64,000 bases of DNA, from NCBI RefSeq assembly GCF_009914755.1, contig NC_060928.1. One strand, given 5' to 3'. The stretch is from the human T2T-CHM13v2.0 reference genome, Homo sapiens. Every line of letters starts with the position of its first letter. The stretch's first letter is position 1. A program made the position numbers and the translations under genes. Below the pieces are notes generated by a model that worked only from the letters and a program-made list of their open reading frames with translations, searched no databases and was not told where the DNA came from. Of this stretch, positions 39,946-54,020 are shown in pieces.

Positions 39946-40062
39946 CCTTCCTTAACTTTTCCTTGTCGTCTGTTTCAGGCTTGGTGGCCATGACCTCAAA
40001 CAGTGTTTTAAGAATACTTCTCAGGTCACTGGCATAGTTCGTCTGCAGCTGGTCAGCCACAC
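39946..40062 (-). CDS. ZFYVE28: ZFYVE28 exon ([39 protein letters not shown])
   Basis: Acceptor TTCCTCAG|GT at 40062; donor AGG|GTGAGT at 39946; 117 nt. Confidence 0.96.
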
Positions 40063-40834
40063 CTGAGGAAGGAAGGCCACAGTAACCACGACAGAAGGAC
40101 GGATGGAAGGAACTGCGGAGGTCGGTGCTGCGGGCTGGGCAGACCCAGCCAGAGCTCACAGCCCAGGCCAGCGTGTTCTCAGATCAGTCAAGGAGGGAGG
40201 AGGCCCAACCCCTTGGGGGAGGATTCCCTTGCAAGAATAAAAACTCGGGAGTCGAGAGAGATCAGGGGAAGGGAGACGACCAGACAGACAGCCCCGCCAC
40301 AGTCGGTCTGCCGCTGACATTCACACCTTTTATGCACAGGTCACAGCCATCACCACTAAGCTGGCCAGGCTACGCGCTGAGGGACACTTACAGAGCCCCT
40401 GCACTGTGCCCACCCCCAGGCCAGTGCTTGTGACTGTCACAGCCACTCAGGCATCCAAATGTGTCTACCTGCAAAGCATGTCCACCCCTCGCAGGCACAG
40501 CCCCCCAGCAGCCTACGTGGCTGGGAGCCCAGGGTGGACCCTGCCCAGAGGTGATGCCTAGCGCCTGGCTCTTCTGCCCCCACCCCACTGCCCCCGCCGC
40601 CACTCCCTGGAGGAAAACGCCTCCCACCCTCACCCGCAGCTCCCCTCCTCCTCCTGCCTGTGTGGGGTCAGTCCAGCCTTCTCCATGAACAGGAGTGCTG
40701 GCTCCTTAGGGGCAGAGTGGGCTGCTGTTTACAGGAAAGTGAGGGGGAGGTTGTACACGCCCCACCTGACCTCCCCTAAAGCGCAGCCCGTGTGTCCTCA
40801 AGCCATGCACCGGTCTCAGGCCCTGACATGACAC

Positions 40835-40989
40835 CTGAAATGCAGACGAACAGGCGGTGGATGAGGTCGTGGCTGCCGTGAAACCTGGACCGGATCTTCT
40901 CTCTTGTGGCCTGTGGGGCAGCATGCGTGGCTGCTGGGGCCGCCTCTGGCCCCATCTTGTCTGAGGAGCAGGACCCAGCTGTGGAGCTG
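40835..40989 (-). CDS. ZFYVE28: ZFYVE28 exon (SSTAGSCSSDKMGPEAAPAATHAAPQATREKIRSRFHGSHDLIHRLFVCIS), zinc finger FYVE-type containing 28 / LST2
   Basis: Acceptor CCATGCAG|CAG at 40989; donor CAG|GTGTCA at 40835; 155 nt; upstream exons lie beyond 64000. Confidence 0.95.
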
Positions 40990-41364
40990 CTGCATGGAGA
41001 AGGAGATACCGGTGTGTGGGGTGGGGCATGATAAGGGGCCGTGGAGCCCGAAGGTCACTGGTCAAGACAAAAGTCTGTGTCCTCGCAGACGCCCACCCCA
41101 CAGGCGTGTATCTGTTGCCCAGATACACAACTTTCCTGTAACTTCACCTAAAATGTCCTCAGTGTAACATGCTCACCACATATACCAGGTGGTACAACAG
41201 GGCTCTGAGCCAGTCCCGGGCCTTTGATTTCTGCTGGGCCTCCTGGAATTGACAGCTGGGGGCGACTCACCCACTGAGGCTGTACTCCTGGCTTAATATC
41301 GACCGACTGCCCCTATGGAAGCGTCAACTCACCTTTCACACCATTTCTAATGGCCTGAGTGTCA

Positions 41365-41787
41365 GGCAGCCCCCAAAAATATCTCTCCCCACCCCAGCCC
41401 CTGAAGCCTGTGAACGTGACCTCATTTGGAAAAGGGGTCTCAGCAGGAGCAATTAAGTGAAGCATCTGGAGATGAAGAGATTGCCCTGAATGATCCGGAC
41501 AGGTCATAAGTCCAAAGACAAACGTCCTTATAAGAGACAGAAGAGGACACAGACACAGAGGGCAGGAGAGCCCATGTGACCACGGAGGCTGAGACCGGAG
41601 ACCCGGCCCCAACCCAAGGAACACCTGGAGTCCCCAGAAGCTGGGAGAGGCGAGAGGAGCCTGCCCTGGAGCCTGCAGACGGAGTGAGGTTCTGCCAGAG
41701 TTTGCACTTCGGGCCTCCGACTGCGAGACAGTTTCCAGGGCTTAGGCCAGTTTGCGGGGACAGCAGCCTCAAGAAACGAATACAGGA
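41365..41787 (+). mobile_element. MaLR solo LTR (MLT1-like)
   Basis: CTGTGAACGTGACCTCATTTGGAAAAGGGGTC...CCAGAAGCTGGGAGAGGC...ACAGCAGCCTCAAGAAACGAATACA. Confidence 0.85.
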
Positions 41788-41813
41788 TCCCCCCGCCCCC
41801 ACCTACACTTCCC

Positions 41814-41971
41814 TGCCTGGAGTCAGAACAGGGCCCGGGACCTCCAGGGGCCTCTGCACAAGACCCCACAGGCCTCGCTGGCCTCCCTGGGCATCGGTTC
41901 TGACTTCCAGACCTCAGGCTCTGTCCGTGGATGCCCTTGGAGGCTGAGGGACCCTCCGTGCATGGGGTCTC
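41814..41971. repeat. 158-bp near-identical direct repeat, copy 2
   Basis: Matches 37920-38077. Confidence 0.97.
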
Positions 41972-42429
41972 CATCTTCCCAGCAGCTGCGTCCTCAGCTT
42001 TCATCAGATTTGCTACTCAGGGGTTCCACGGTGACCCTATAAATCGTTCACAGCTGGGCCTGTACTAACTCCGGAGGTTCACCTCGCCCAACTCTAGGGG
42101 TGCACCCACTGGCCCTCTCATTTTAAACTAATTTATCTCCTATCTTTTTGTCCCATTTTCTGGGAAATTTCCCCCAACTCGTTCTTCTAATTTTACTCTT
42201 GACGTTTAAATTTCTGCTATCAAGTTTTAAATTTACTGCTGTTACTGTCGTTTCATGGATGCAAAATCTTTTCTCTACCTAGAAATATTCGTGATAATTT
42301 TTTTCAGTTGCCACTGGCATCCTGCACGGCCTCTTTTGGAGGGCTTGGCTCATTTATTTGGCCGTGTCTCATGCCGAGCCTTGCCCCAAATGTTCGGGGA
42401 TCCTCGTCGACCTGTGCAAAAATAAGAAC

Positions 42430-42950
42430 AGTGTGGGTGCAACCACAGGAGCCTTCACCTTGCTGGTGGGAGCGTCAGCTGGTGCAACCACTTCGGAAAA
42501 AATGTTCGCACCGTTTCAGTAAAGCCAGGGCTGTCTACACTCCGGAGCCCGGTGGCCTCTGTTGCCGGCATACACTGGAAACGCGCATCTGCGTCTGTCT
42601 GCAGAGATGCAGGGTCTTAGACGCGGTGCTGGGGATTCCAGTGAAACGCTGGGCAGGATCCCAAGTCCGCCAGCAATGGAATGGGAGACCCACCGTGATC
42701 TAATCGCCCACCAGCAGAGGCCACGGAGGCGGAGGCGAGCCAGCCACAGCCCCGCCAACGCGCACGAATCCCACGTGGCGTGAGTCTTTTCACAGACCGT
42801 GGGAAACACGCACAACTGCCTGGTATCTAATTTAGGGACACAGCCTCGTGACGTAAACCCTGCAGAAGCACAGAGGCGTGGCGCACGTGAGAATTCAGGG
42901 CAGCGGGCTGCGGCAGAGCGGGGGAGGAGGCTGGAAGCGTCCCTGGAGCT
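42430..42950 (+). mobile_element. GC/CpG-enriched ancient L1 (L1ME-like) 3' end
   Basis: TTGCTGGTGGGAGCGTCAGCTGGTGCAACCACTTCGGAAAA and TTTAGGGACAC...GAATTCAGGGCAGCGGG align by eye to L1M 3' motifs. Confidence 0.6.
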
Positions 42951-43963
42951 GCACGGGGCCCCCTCCCTCATGGCAATGTGCTAACATAGCTGAATATTTG
43001 CCGGAACGTGGGAGCACGGTAGGAGGCTTAGGGGGCCTGGGCCCATGGGACGGGATCCTCTGCTGGGACCCCAACAATGCTCCGTGGCTCTCCCCTCCCA
43101 GGTGGTCAGGGTTCCACAGATGAAGCCCCTACCTTCAGCTTGGGGGTGTGGGCCTTGCTGCCCTCTGCCCTGGGAGCTGAATAAGGGAGGGGCCTTCACT
43201 GTCCAGGATGTCAGCTTCCACTCGGTACCCCCAGCCTCATCAGAGCCTTACCCAAAGGAACTGAAATTTGGGACTCGGACAGATACTTGCACGCCCACGT
43301 TCATAGCGGCCAAGAGACGGCAGCAACTCAGGTGTCTGTTGGCAGAGGCGTGGATAAACCAAATGTGGTCCACCCATACAACAGAATATTATTCAGCCTT
43401 AAAAAGGAAGGAAATTCGGATCTAGGCTACAGCCACGGATGAATGTTGGCAAGATCATGCTAAGTGAAACAACCCAGCTACCAAAGGATGCGTCCTGCTT
43501 GAGTCTCCGACACGAGGTCCTGAGAGCCGTCACGTTCATACAGATGGAAGGTAGAACGGTGGGCGCCAGGGTGGGCAGAGGGCGGGGAGTCGGGGGGAGT
43601 GAGTGATGGGGAAACAGTTTCAGTTTGGGAAGATGAGGACGTTGCGGAGATGATGTTGGTGACAGTTGCACGGCACTGAGTGTGTTCAATGCCACGAAAT
43701 TGTACGCTTAGGAAGGGCTAAATAGTAAACTTTATGCTACATATATTTTACAAAAATTAAAAATATAAAAAAAAAAGAATTGGGGCAGGGAGAGAGCAGA
43801 GGCAAGGGAACGGAGGCGGCAAGTACATGGCAGAAGGCCGGATTGGCGTGGCGCCCGACACAGAAGGCTCAGGGGTATTATTGCCCAAAACCACTGAACT
43901 GTGTGATTTAGAAAGGTGAATTTTGTGGTATGTATGTTACATATCAATAAAGGCTTTTTTTTA

Positions 43964-44357
<394 letters not shown>

Positions 44358-44991
44358 TTACAATAGCATAAAAAAGATTAAAATACTTAGAATAAATTTA
44401 ACAAAAGAAGTACAAGAATCATACACTGAAAACAACAAAACATTGTTGAAAAATATTAGAAGACCTACATAAATGGGAAGACATCTCGTGTTCACAGGTC
44501 GGAAGACAATATTGTTGAGACGGCATGACTCCCCAAATCGATCTACAGATTCAATGCAATCCATACGAAAGTGCCAACTGCCTTTTTTTCTTGCAAAAAT
44601 GGACAATATGATCCTAAAATTAATGTGGGAGTGACTCGAGGGACCCAGAATAGCCAAAAGAAAAAAAACAAGTTGGAGGACTCACACTTGTGATTTGCAA
44701 TGTGGCATGAAAGAGCAGGAATCAAGACTGTGCAGCAGCAGCATAGGACCGACATACAGACCAATGAGACCGAGAGTCCGCAAAGAAACCCATATGCTTA
44801 TGGGCAGTGGATTCTCAGCAAGGGTGCCAAGACCAACCAGGAAAGAATAGTCTTTTCAACAAATGCTGCCGGAAAACCGGAGACACACATGCAAAAGGAT
44901 GAAGCTGAACTCTGACCTTATACCACATACAAAAATTCACTCGAAATGAATCATATATCTAGATGTCAGAGCTACAACTCAAAGATTCTCT

Positions 44992-45260
44992 CTTTTTTTT
45001 TTTTTTTTTTTGAGATGGTGTCTCACATGGCTTACCGCAGCTTTGACTTCCCTGGGCTCAAGTGAGCCTCCCATCTCAGCCTCCCGAGTAGCTGGGACCA
45101 CAGGCGTGCACCACACTGCCCGGCTAATTTTTGCATTTTTAGCGGAGATGGGGTTTCACCACGTTGCCCAGGCTGGTCTTGAACTCCTGGACTCAAGTGA
45201 TCCACCCACCTCAGCCTCCCAAAGTGCTGGGATTACAGGCGTGAGCCACGGCGCCCAGGC
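44992..45260 (-). mobile_element. AluJ-like element
   Basis: Poly-T then reverse Alu consensus. Confidence 0.93.
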
Positions 45261-45947
45261 TTAAAATTCTTAAAAGAAAACATTGGAGTAAATCTTTGTG
45301 GCGTTAGGCTAGGCCACAGTTTCCTAGACATGACACCTAAAGCATGGGCAACAAAAGAGAAAACAGATAACTGGACTTCATCAAACTGAAGACTTTCTGC
45401 TTCATAGGACACCACCAAGAAAGTGAAGAGAAAACCCACAGAATAATTTTTGCAAATCATGTGTCTGATAAGGACATAGTATCTGCAATATAGAAAGAAT
45501 TTTTACAATCCAACAACAAAAAGACCAAAAAAAAAAACACTACTGAACAAATGGAAAACGGATTTGAATAGACATTTTTCCAAAGAAGATATACAAATGG
45601 CTAATAAACACATGAACAGATGCCCAACATCACTGTCAGTCAGGAAATGCCAAAAAAATTACAATTAAATACCATTTTATCTATTAGGACGATTAGAATG
45701 TTCCCCCCCCCTCAAAAAAAAAAAACCCAGAAAATATGAAGTTGTGGTGAGGAAGGTGAGGATGTGAAGGAACTGGAATCCTCCTCTCTTCCTTATGGAA
45801 AAATAAAATGGCACAGACACTTTGGAAAACAGTTGAATGGATAGACAAAATGTCTATCTATATAATGGAATAAGTTTTCAGCCACAGAAAGGAACGCAGC
45901 ACTTATACATGCTACTGTGTGGATGAACACTGAACACATCATATTGT

Positions 45948-46591
<644 letters not shown>

Positions 46592-46994
46592 TCACATGAA
46601 ATGTCTAGAACAGGCGAAACCCATAGGGGCAGAAAGCAGAACCGTGGTCGCAACAGCTGAAGGGGGAGGGGAACATGGTGACTGCTGATGGGGAGGGTTT
46701 TTCTTTATGGGGTGATGAAAATGTTTTGAATTAGACAGTGATATTGGCTGTACAGCCTCATGGATGTACCACAAATTACTGAGCTGTACATCTCACAAAC
46801 AACAGAAGAGAATGTTTTTCTTGTAATCGCCCAGCAAACTCATATGCAAGAAATAGCTTATAAGCTAAATGTCCATCAACAGTGGGTTGACTCAATACAT
46901 TAGGTCATATCCCTATGGTGAAACAATCTCCAGAAGGATGGTCCACTGGAAATGTTAAAATATGAAATGAAAAATGTAGCATTTAAAAAATTAG

Positions 46995-47410
<416 letters not shown>

Positions 47411-48109
47411 TTATCATTTTCTAAAGTCTCATCGCGGATCAAGTATTGCTTTTGTGATCAGAAGAGATGCCATTTCAAGAAGAAAGGAAAGTGCCTGCTG
47501 GCAGCAGATGGCACCCTCGGGCCCTGCCTGTGGCGAGGAACTTGTTTCCCTGTGAAAGGAGAAGCCCATGGGAAGTATTCAGCCCCGCAGCTCCAGCCCC
47601 TTGGACCAACACCCTGAAGCTGGGAAGGCTATCTGGACAAGCATCCTGCTACTGAAGCACCCCTGGAGATGAGAAATCAGGGGAAGGGCCCTGACGTTCA
47701 ACAGAGAGTTGAGTGTGGCATAAGAACAATGGCTTCTACCAGCAGGTTGAGACCGAGGCCAGGCCAAGGCTGGCCGATTGCCCACGGGTAGGTCAGATCG
47801 CTGATGGCCATCTCAACCCCAGACACCCTTCACTTGCCACAGGAAAGGCCCTCTCCTGCCTCCCTGCCCTGGTTGGCTGGAAGCTCTGGTGGCGTGGGAG
47901 GGGGAATGGGTGGACAGAGAGAGCCAAGGGGCCCCATACAGAGATGTCACAGGTAGAAAAACCAATGAGGTACTGCCCAAGGGAACCGGCTGGGCTTGGA
48001 AGGGCCAAAGGGAACAAGAGAGCAGAGTGGGGAGGTAGAACCCAGGATTTCACCGAGAGCATGAGCCTGGGTCCTTCTGGGTCAGCCATTCCTGGGGCCA
48101 TGTGGATGG

Positions 48110-48492
48110 GTGTCTTCCTTTGCTTCCTGCTGCTATAACAGAGTACCACAGTCTAGGTAATTTATAATGAACAGACATGTTTCTGGCTCACAGTCTGGAG
48201 GCTGGGAAGCCCAAGGTGGAGGGGCCCCATCTGACTAGGGCCTTCTTGCTATGTCACCACATGGAGGAAGGCATCGCATGGGCAAGAGAGAGGGGAAGGG
48301 GGCCATGCTCACCCTTTATAAGGACCCCACTGCAGCAATAACAAACCCACTCTTGCAATAACATCAATCCGCTCAGGAGGGCAAAGCCTTCATGACCTCA
48401 TCACCTCTTTAAGGTCCCCCCTCTCAACGCTGTTGCAGTGGGGATTAAGTTACCAACACATGAACTTTGGGGCACACATTCAAACCACAGCA
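48110..48492 (-). mobile_element. MaLR solo LTR (MST-like)
   Basis: GCTGCTATAACAGAGTACCACAGTCTAGGTAATTTATAATGAAC...CACATTCAAACCACAGCA. Confidence 0.85.
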
Positions 48493-49589
48493 GGGGGCAC
48501 TGTTTGGATGCCAGTGGCCCAGGAACACTGCCTTTGGAAGGGTGTTTATCCCCTGTGGCCAGTTGCTGAACAGACAGGGTAGGGCCATGAGGAGGACCTC
48601 AGGGGTAGATCAGACACTATGTGTCCCCCAAAAACCAAGTCTAGTGGGGGAGCCACACACATTAACAATACAGAGCCGAGAAGTGAGCTGGTGCCCAGCG
48701 GGTCCATCCCTGTGGTGAGGAAGGGAACAGTACGGGTGAGATACAGCCACAGCTCAAGTCACAGAAAGACAGGGAGCCATGAGAAGCAGAGGCTAGAAGA
48801 GTGAAGGGCACCTGCCCTGCCAACAGCTTCCTGTGTCTCACCACAGAGTCTGAACCCTTGTCACTGATGTTCTCAAGTCAGTGGATCAACGTCACTTCAG
48901 CATGTTCACCCGGATGTCTAAAAGTCCAGCCACCTTCTGCAGCTGCCAGACACTCCCGCACCGGCTGCCTGAATGTTGCTTCCTGCCACTCTCTTACAGA
49001 AGGCAGCAAAAACTCCCTGCAACAGCCCCACTTCGGTTTGAACTACTATGAAATGTCATTCTCTGGTAAAGAAAGGCAGTGCAATTCTAAACAGTCACAT
49101 CAATACCAAAGGCTGCCCAGCCTGTGTCTTCAGCTGTGTCACAGTTAGGCCACAGGACAGTGGCCAGGTTTCCAAAGTGCTCCTCTTGAACAGCACACAG
49201 GGGGGATAAATGGCTGATGTCATCATTGGGGTGGGAAAAGTGGTGAGGGGAGCCTCTGAGATGTTGGGAACATGGAACACGTCTGAATTCAGCAATTGGA
49301 TAGAGCAGAAGAGGGAAGTTTACTGAACTTATAATTTTAATTCCAATTACTATGGAAAAGAAAGACCATAGCAAAGCCCAAATGAATCTGATGCAGCAAA
49401 TTTAGCAAGTGAGTATGCAAACAGAAAGACAGGACTTTGCCACCTTGAACCTCTAGGAGTCTGTGAAAGAAGAGAATGCCAACTTTGGAAAGACTAACAG
49501 CATCACAGTATGTTTCTCATTATGACATCAGATACATTAATTTTTGAACTCTTGAAACCATTTGCAAAGGCTAATGAAGAGAAAAACAG

Positions 49590-49712
49590 CCTGTAGTCCC
49601 AGCTACGGGGAGGCTGAGGCAGGAGGATCCCCTGAGCCCAGGAATTCAAGGCTAGCCTGCGTAACATAGCAAGACTCTATCTCTAAAGAAAAATAAATAA
49701 AAAACAAAAACA
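49590..49712 (+). mobile_element. Alu monomer (FLAM-like)
   Basis: CCTGTAGTCCCAGCTACGGGGAGGCTGAGGCAGGAGGATCCCCTGAGCCCAGG plus A-rich tail. Confidence 0.8.
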
Positions 49713-49872
49713 AAGAACATCAAGAGTGACTGGTAGGCTCCAGAGGCAAGGTTTAATTGTGCTTGGATGTGGGAAAATTAGCAGCTCGGGCATTTGTACA
49801 ACCACATACCAATTCTAATGAGCCACCTTGGGCCCTGACGCAAATGGTGGGCTGGCTGCTTCTTGTAAAAGT

Positions 49873-50397
49873 CATCCATCCATCCATCCATCCATCCATC
49901 CACCCACCCACCCACTCATCCATTTACCCATCCATATATTTACCTATCCATCCATCCACCCATCCATTCATCTACCCATCCACCAATCCATGCATCCATC
50001 CATCCATCCACCCAACTAATCATCCATCCATCTATCCACCCATGTACCCACCTGTCCACCCACCAATCCGTCTACCCATCATCCAATCTTCCACTCATCC
50101 ACCCACCCATCTACCCACCCACCCATCCATTTATCCATCCATCCATCCATCCATCCATCCAATCATCCATCCACCCATCCACTCATGCACCCACCCATCC
50201 ACCCACCCATCCATCCACCCATCCACTCATCCATCCACCCATCCACCCACCCATCCATCCACCCATCCACTCATTCATTTGCCATCCATCCATCCACCCA
50301 CCCATCCATCTAATCATCAGTCCATCCATCCATCCATCCATCCAACCATCCAACCGTCCATCCACCCATCCATCCATCCATCCATCCATCCATCCAC
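49873..50397. repeat. Degenerate (CCAT)n/(CCAC)n tetranucleotide tract, ~525 bp
   Basis: Continuous CATCCATCCACCCACCCATC repeats. Confidence 0.97.
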
Positions 50398-51041
50398 CTG
50401 CCCTACAAACATGCACTAAGCACCAACTATGATCCAGGAATTGCACAGTTCAGCCCTAAGGAGCTCACGATTTGATGGCAGAGATCAATAGGTGAACAGT
50501 TAATTATCACACACGGAAAGTGTAACAGAGGAACCATCAAGGGTGTTGTTGTGGGAGGTCAGAGGGGAGACTCCTCACTCAGGCTGGAGAGAGGTCTGGA
50601 GTGCCAGGGAGGGTTCCTGGAAGGCGCAGCATGAGGACAGCTTGAATGAAAGCCAAGAGGTGGGAAGCAGCCGACAGACTGTAGGGAACCCCCTGGTGAT
50701 GCTGGGAGAGACCAGGCAGAGGTTGAGGCTAAGCAGAGGCCCACTGGGAGGGCTGGACAGTTCGGACCTTGGCCTGTTGGTCAGTGCCCCCAGAGGATGC
50801 TCCACAGAACGCAATTCCCTGTAGGCTACACTTGAGGGAAAAAGAGTTTGAGGAACAGAGCACAGGTGCTCTCTTTCTTGGAGCCCCCGCATCCACATTC
50901 ATTGACATCAATCGACAGCTCAGGCTCGCTGTGGAGCATGTGGCCACACAAGACCGGATTCACGTGTGTACGCAGTGGAGGGAGTCAGCCAGCCTGCAAA
51001 TGAGTGTTCAGAAATGAGACCATTTCCCACCGTGATAAAGG

Positions 51042-51177
51042 CCGTGTCGCCCAGGCTGGAGCACAGTGGCGTGACCACGGCTCACTGTAACCTCAAGCTC
51101 CGGGCCCCACATGATCCTCCAACCTCAGCCTCCCAAAGTACTGAGATTACAGGTATAGGCCACCGTGGCTCGCCTGG
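51042..51177 (-). mobile_element. Alu monomer fragment
   Basis: TGTCGCCCAGGCTGGAGCACAGTGGC...CTCAGCCTCCCAAAGTACTGAGATTACAGG. Confidence 0.8.
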
Positions 51178-51701
51178 GGCTTTGAAGACCATGATGGGGA
51201 GGAGGAGAGCGCGACGGGGCACAGTGGTGGACAACCCAGCTTTCAGAGGAAGCATTTTGGTGGAGATTTCACCAATGAGATGGAGAGGACCTCAGCAGCA
51301 GGAGCCCAAGATGGGCTGAGCACAGCCTCCCAGGAGTCAGAGGTGAAGGCCTTGCTGCCCGGTCACACTGGCCACCAGGTCAGGACAATCCCACAGTCCT
51401 GGACGCCTCTGGTTCCCCAGAGGAGTTGGAGCCTGCTGGGACATCTTGTCTCCTCTTATGGTGCCTCACAAAGACCTCCGGGGGGCTGAGTCTGCAATGC
51501 ACAAGGCCTGGCTTTGACTTCCTCTGTGAGTCCTGGGATCAGGGAGGGCTGAGACACCCTTCCAGGAATCGGCTCTGGAACTGTCTGCCAAAGTCGTACC
51601 AGCTCAGCTCAGGCCACAGCGGAAACCAACAGCAGGTAGACCCCTCTTCTTGGCAGGTGCCCTGAGTCTAGTACGGCAAGGATTTAGCAGGGAGGCGCGA
51701 G

Positions 51702-52173
51702 TGTGCTGTTTGGGGTTGAATTGGGGCCCCCCAGCAAGCTCATATGTTGAAGTCCTAACCCCCAATACCTTAAAATGTGACCTTATTTGGAAACAGGGTC
51801 ATTGCAGGTGTAACTAAAGTTAAGATAAGGTCATCCAGGAGTAGGGTGGGCCCTAAGCCAACTTGACTGGTGTCCTTACCCATGGGGAAAATTTGGGTGC
51901 AGGCCCACACGTGGGCAGAACCCCACGTGGACTGAAGGCAGGGACTGGAGTGATGCTTCTGTAAGCCAAGGTACACACCCAAGATGGCCAGCAAGCCCCC
52001 TGAGGCTGGAAGGCAGCCCAGGACAGATTCTCCCTTATGGCCCCAGAAGGAACCAGCCCTGCTGACACCTTGATCTCGACTTCTGGCCTCCAGAACTGCA
52101 AGACAACAAACGCCCTCGTGATTTAACCCACCTTGCCGCGGTGCTTCGTCACAGCAGCCGGGGGAACTAACAC
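51702..52173 (+). mobile_element. MaLR solo LTR (MLT1-like)
   Basis: TATGTTGAAGTCCTAACCCCCAATACCTTAAAATGTGACCTTATTTGGAAACAGGGTC...GACTTCTGGCCTCCAGAACTG. Confidence 0.9.
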
Positions 52174-53612
52174 GTGGCGCTGACCCCGCCATGGCGCCGG
52201 CCCCACTGTGGCTGCCAGGCCTTTGCACTGGTGTCAGCCCTAATAACTTCCAGCAGCAAGTAAGCTGATTTCTTCTGAGCAGGCTGGAATCTCCCTGCTT
52301 CCTTTCCTCTCCAGCCCCTTGCAAAGTCATTCTCTCTCGTGGTTTTCCTGTGTGACTCGCCTTCCCAAGGAAGTCAGTCTTCTCACCACAGCTCCTGACT
52401 GCAGCTCCACAGCCCCTGGGTTGAGCACAGGCTGGGACTGAGAAGGAGACGAATGCTGTTCCGTGACCAGGGCATCCTCAGACGGGCCGCTGCCACTGCG
52501 GGCCAGAATGAAGGACAGAACCGAGGGACAGGAAGGAGGGCTGGGCCGGTCCAGGAGGGCAGGCGCCCATCCCAGAAACAGCTCAGCGGGAGGGAGGGAA
52601 ATTGAAGCCGGGATCTCAGGGCTGCCCCGCCCTGGTCAGCTGGCCGGGGTCTGTGGTCCCCACAGGCAGGCACTAGCTTGGTCCGCAGGCCTCTCTCCTG
52701 GATGTGTCACCCGGTCTTGGCGCATTGTCTTGGAGCACCCTCCAATGTCCATATTCCTCCGGTCTCAGGGTGTGGGCACAGGTCCAGGGGTCCTTCCAGA
52801 CACTCTGGGCCCAGTCACTGCTCCCCCACCCACCTCCAAACCTGCTCCATGCAGGCACTCTAGGGGGTGCAGGGACAGTGGCCTGAGATTTGCTGCTGCA
52901 GGACTTCGGTCCCTGTGGGGAGCATGGGGTCAGCGGCCAGAGAAGCGGCGAGAGGACAGCCCCCTGTACGGGCACTGGCTCACTCGCTCTCCCAGCATGG
53001 GCTGCATGGTCCCCACCCCTCAGCTTCTCCCTCCCGGCGCCCAGGCCAGCCCTGCTTCCTGCTAATGAGACCTAAGGGACCTCAGCGGGAGGATGCCAAA
53101 AAGGCAGCAGGTCAGAGGTCAGCCCCGAGGCCTGCCCTTTGCGGGGGTGGGAGGGGGCATCAGGCGTGGACGGGGACGCTGCCTCCGAGGATGTCAAGTG
53201 CTAAGCTCCACACCTGCCACAACTGCATCTCATAGTCTCTTCTCAATCAACAAGAAGCGATGAAATAAACGTCAGCCGCTCCAGACGAGAGCGCAGTCCA
53301 CGGCACCTGGATTTCAGCCTGGGGAGACCCTGAGCACAGAACCCAGCTGTGCTGAGACAGGCATCTGACGCATGGATGCTGCAGGACCCTTACTCGGCAT
53401 TGCTTATACACAGCCCAGCTAGCTGATGCAAAGCTGAGACGTGGGCTCTTGGTGGAGCAAATGCGGTCTCCAGTTCACCTATGCCAGGTGGGATTAGGGA
53501 AGGAGCTCAGCCCTTGGCTGCTGACTCTCCAGCCCCTGCTCTCTGCTGTGTCCTGAAGACAGGGTGGGGGGTGACGGGAGGGGTGAGGGGCTGGAGGCAC
53601 AGGATTCAGACG

Positions 53613-54020
53613 TCACGGTGGGCTGAATGTGACCCCCAAAATGTGAATCTGCGACTGTGACCTTTTTTAGAAAAAGGTTGTTTGCAGATGTAATTAAGTT
53701 AAGGATCTTGAGATGAAACCATCCTGGACTATCTGGATGGATACCAACTCCAATAAATATCCTTACAAGAGACAGACACAGCGAGGGGCCAAGAGAAGAC
53801 GGAGGCAGAGCTTGGAGTGACTTGGCCACAAGGCAAGGAAGTGCCAGGAGCCACCAGAAGCTGGAAGCGGCAGGAGGATCATCCCCTAGAACCTTGGGCT
53901 GCAGTGCCACCCCACCAGCACCCTCATCTCAGATGCCTGCCTCCAGAACTGTAAACCAGCAAATCCCCACGGTTTTAAGCCTCCCAGCTCATGGGTGTTC
54001 TGTTACAGCAGCCCCAGACA
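53613..54020 (+). mobile_element. MaLR solo LTR (MLT1-like)
   Basis: TTTGCAGATGTAATTAAGTTAAGGATCTTGAGATG...CCAGAAGCTGGAAGCGGCAGG...TGTTACAGCAGCCCC. Confidence 0.88.

Noticed and set aside
48850-49580. Possible hAT-type transposon remnant
   Set aside because: Resemblance too weak to call without a Dfam search
49757-50446. HPSI-repeat and WMDG-repeat ORFs
   Set aside because: Translation of the (CCAT)n tract
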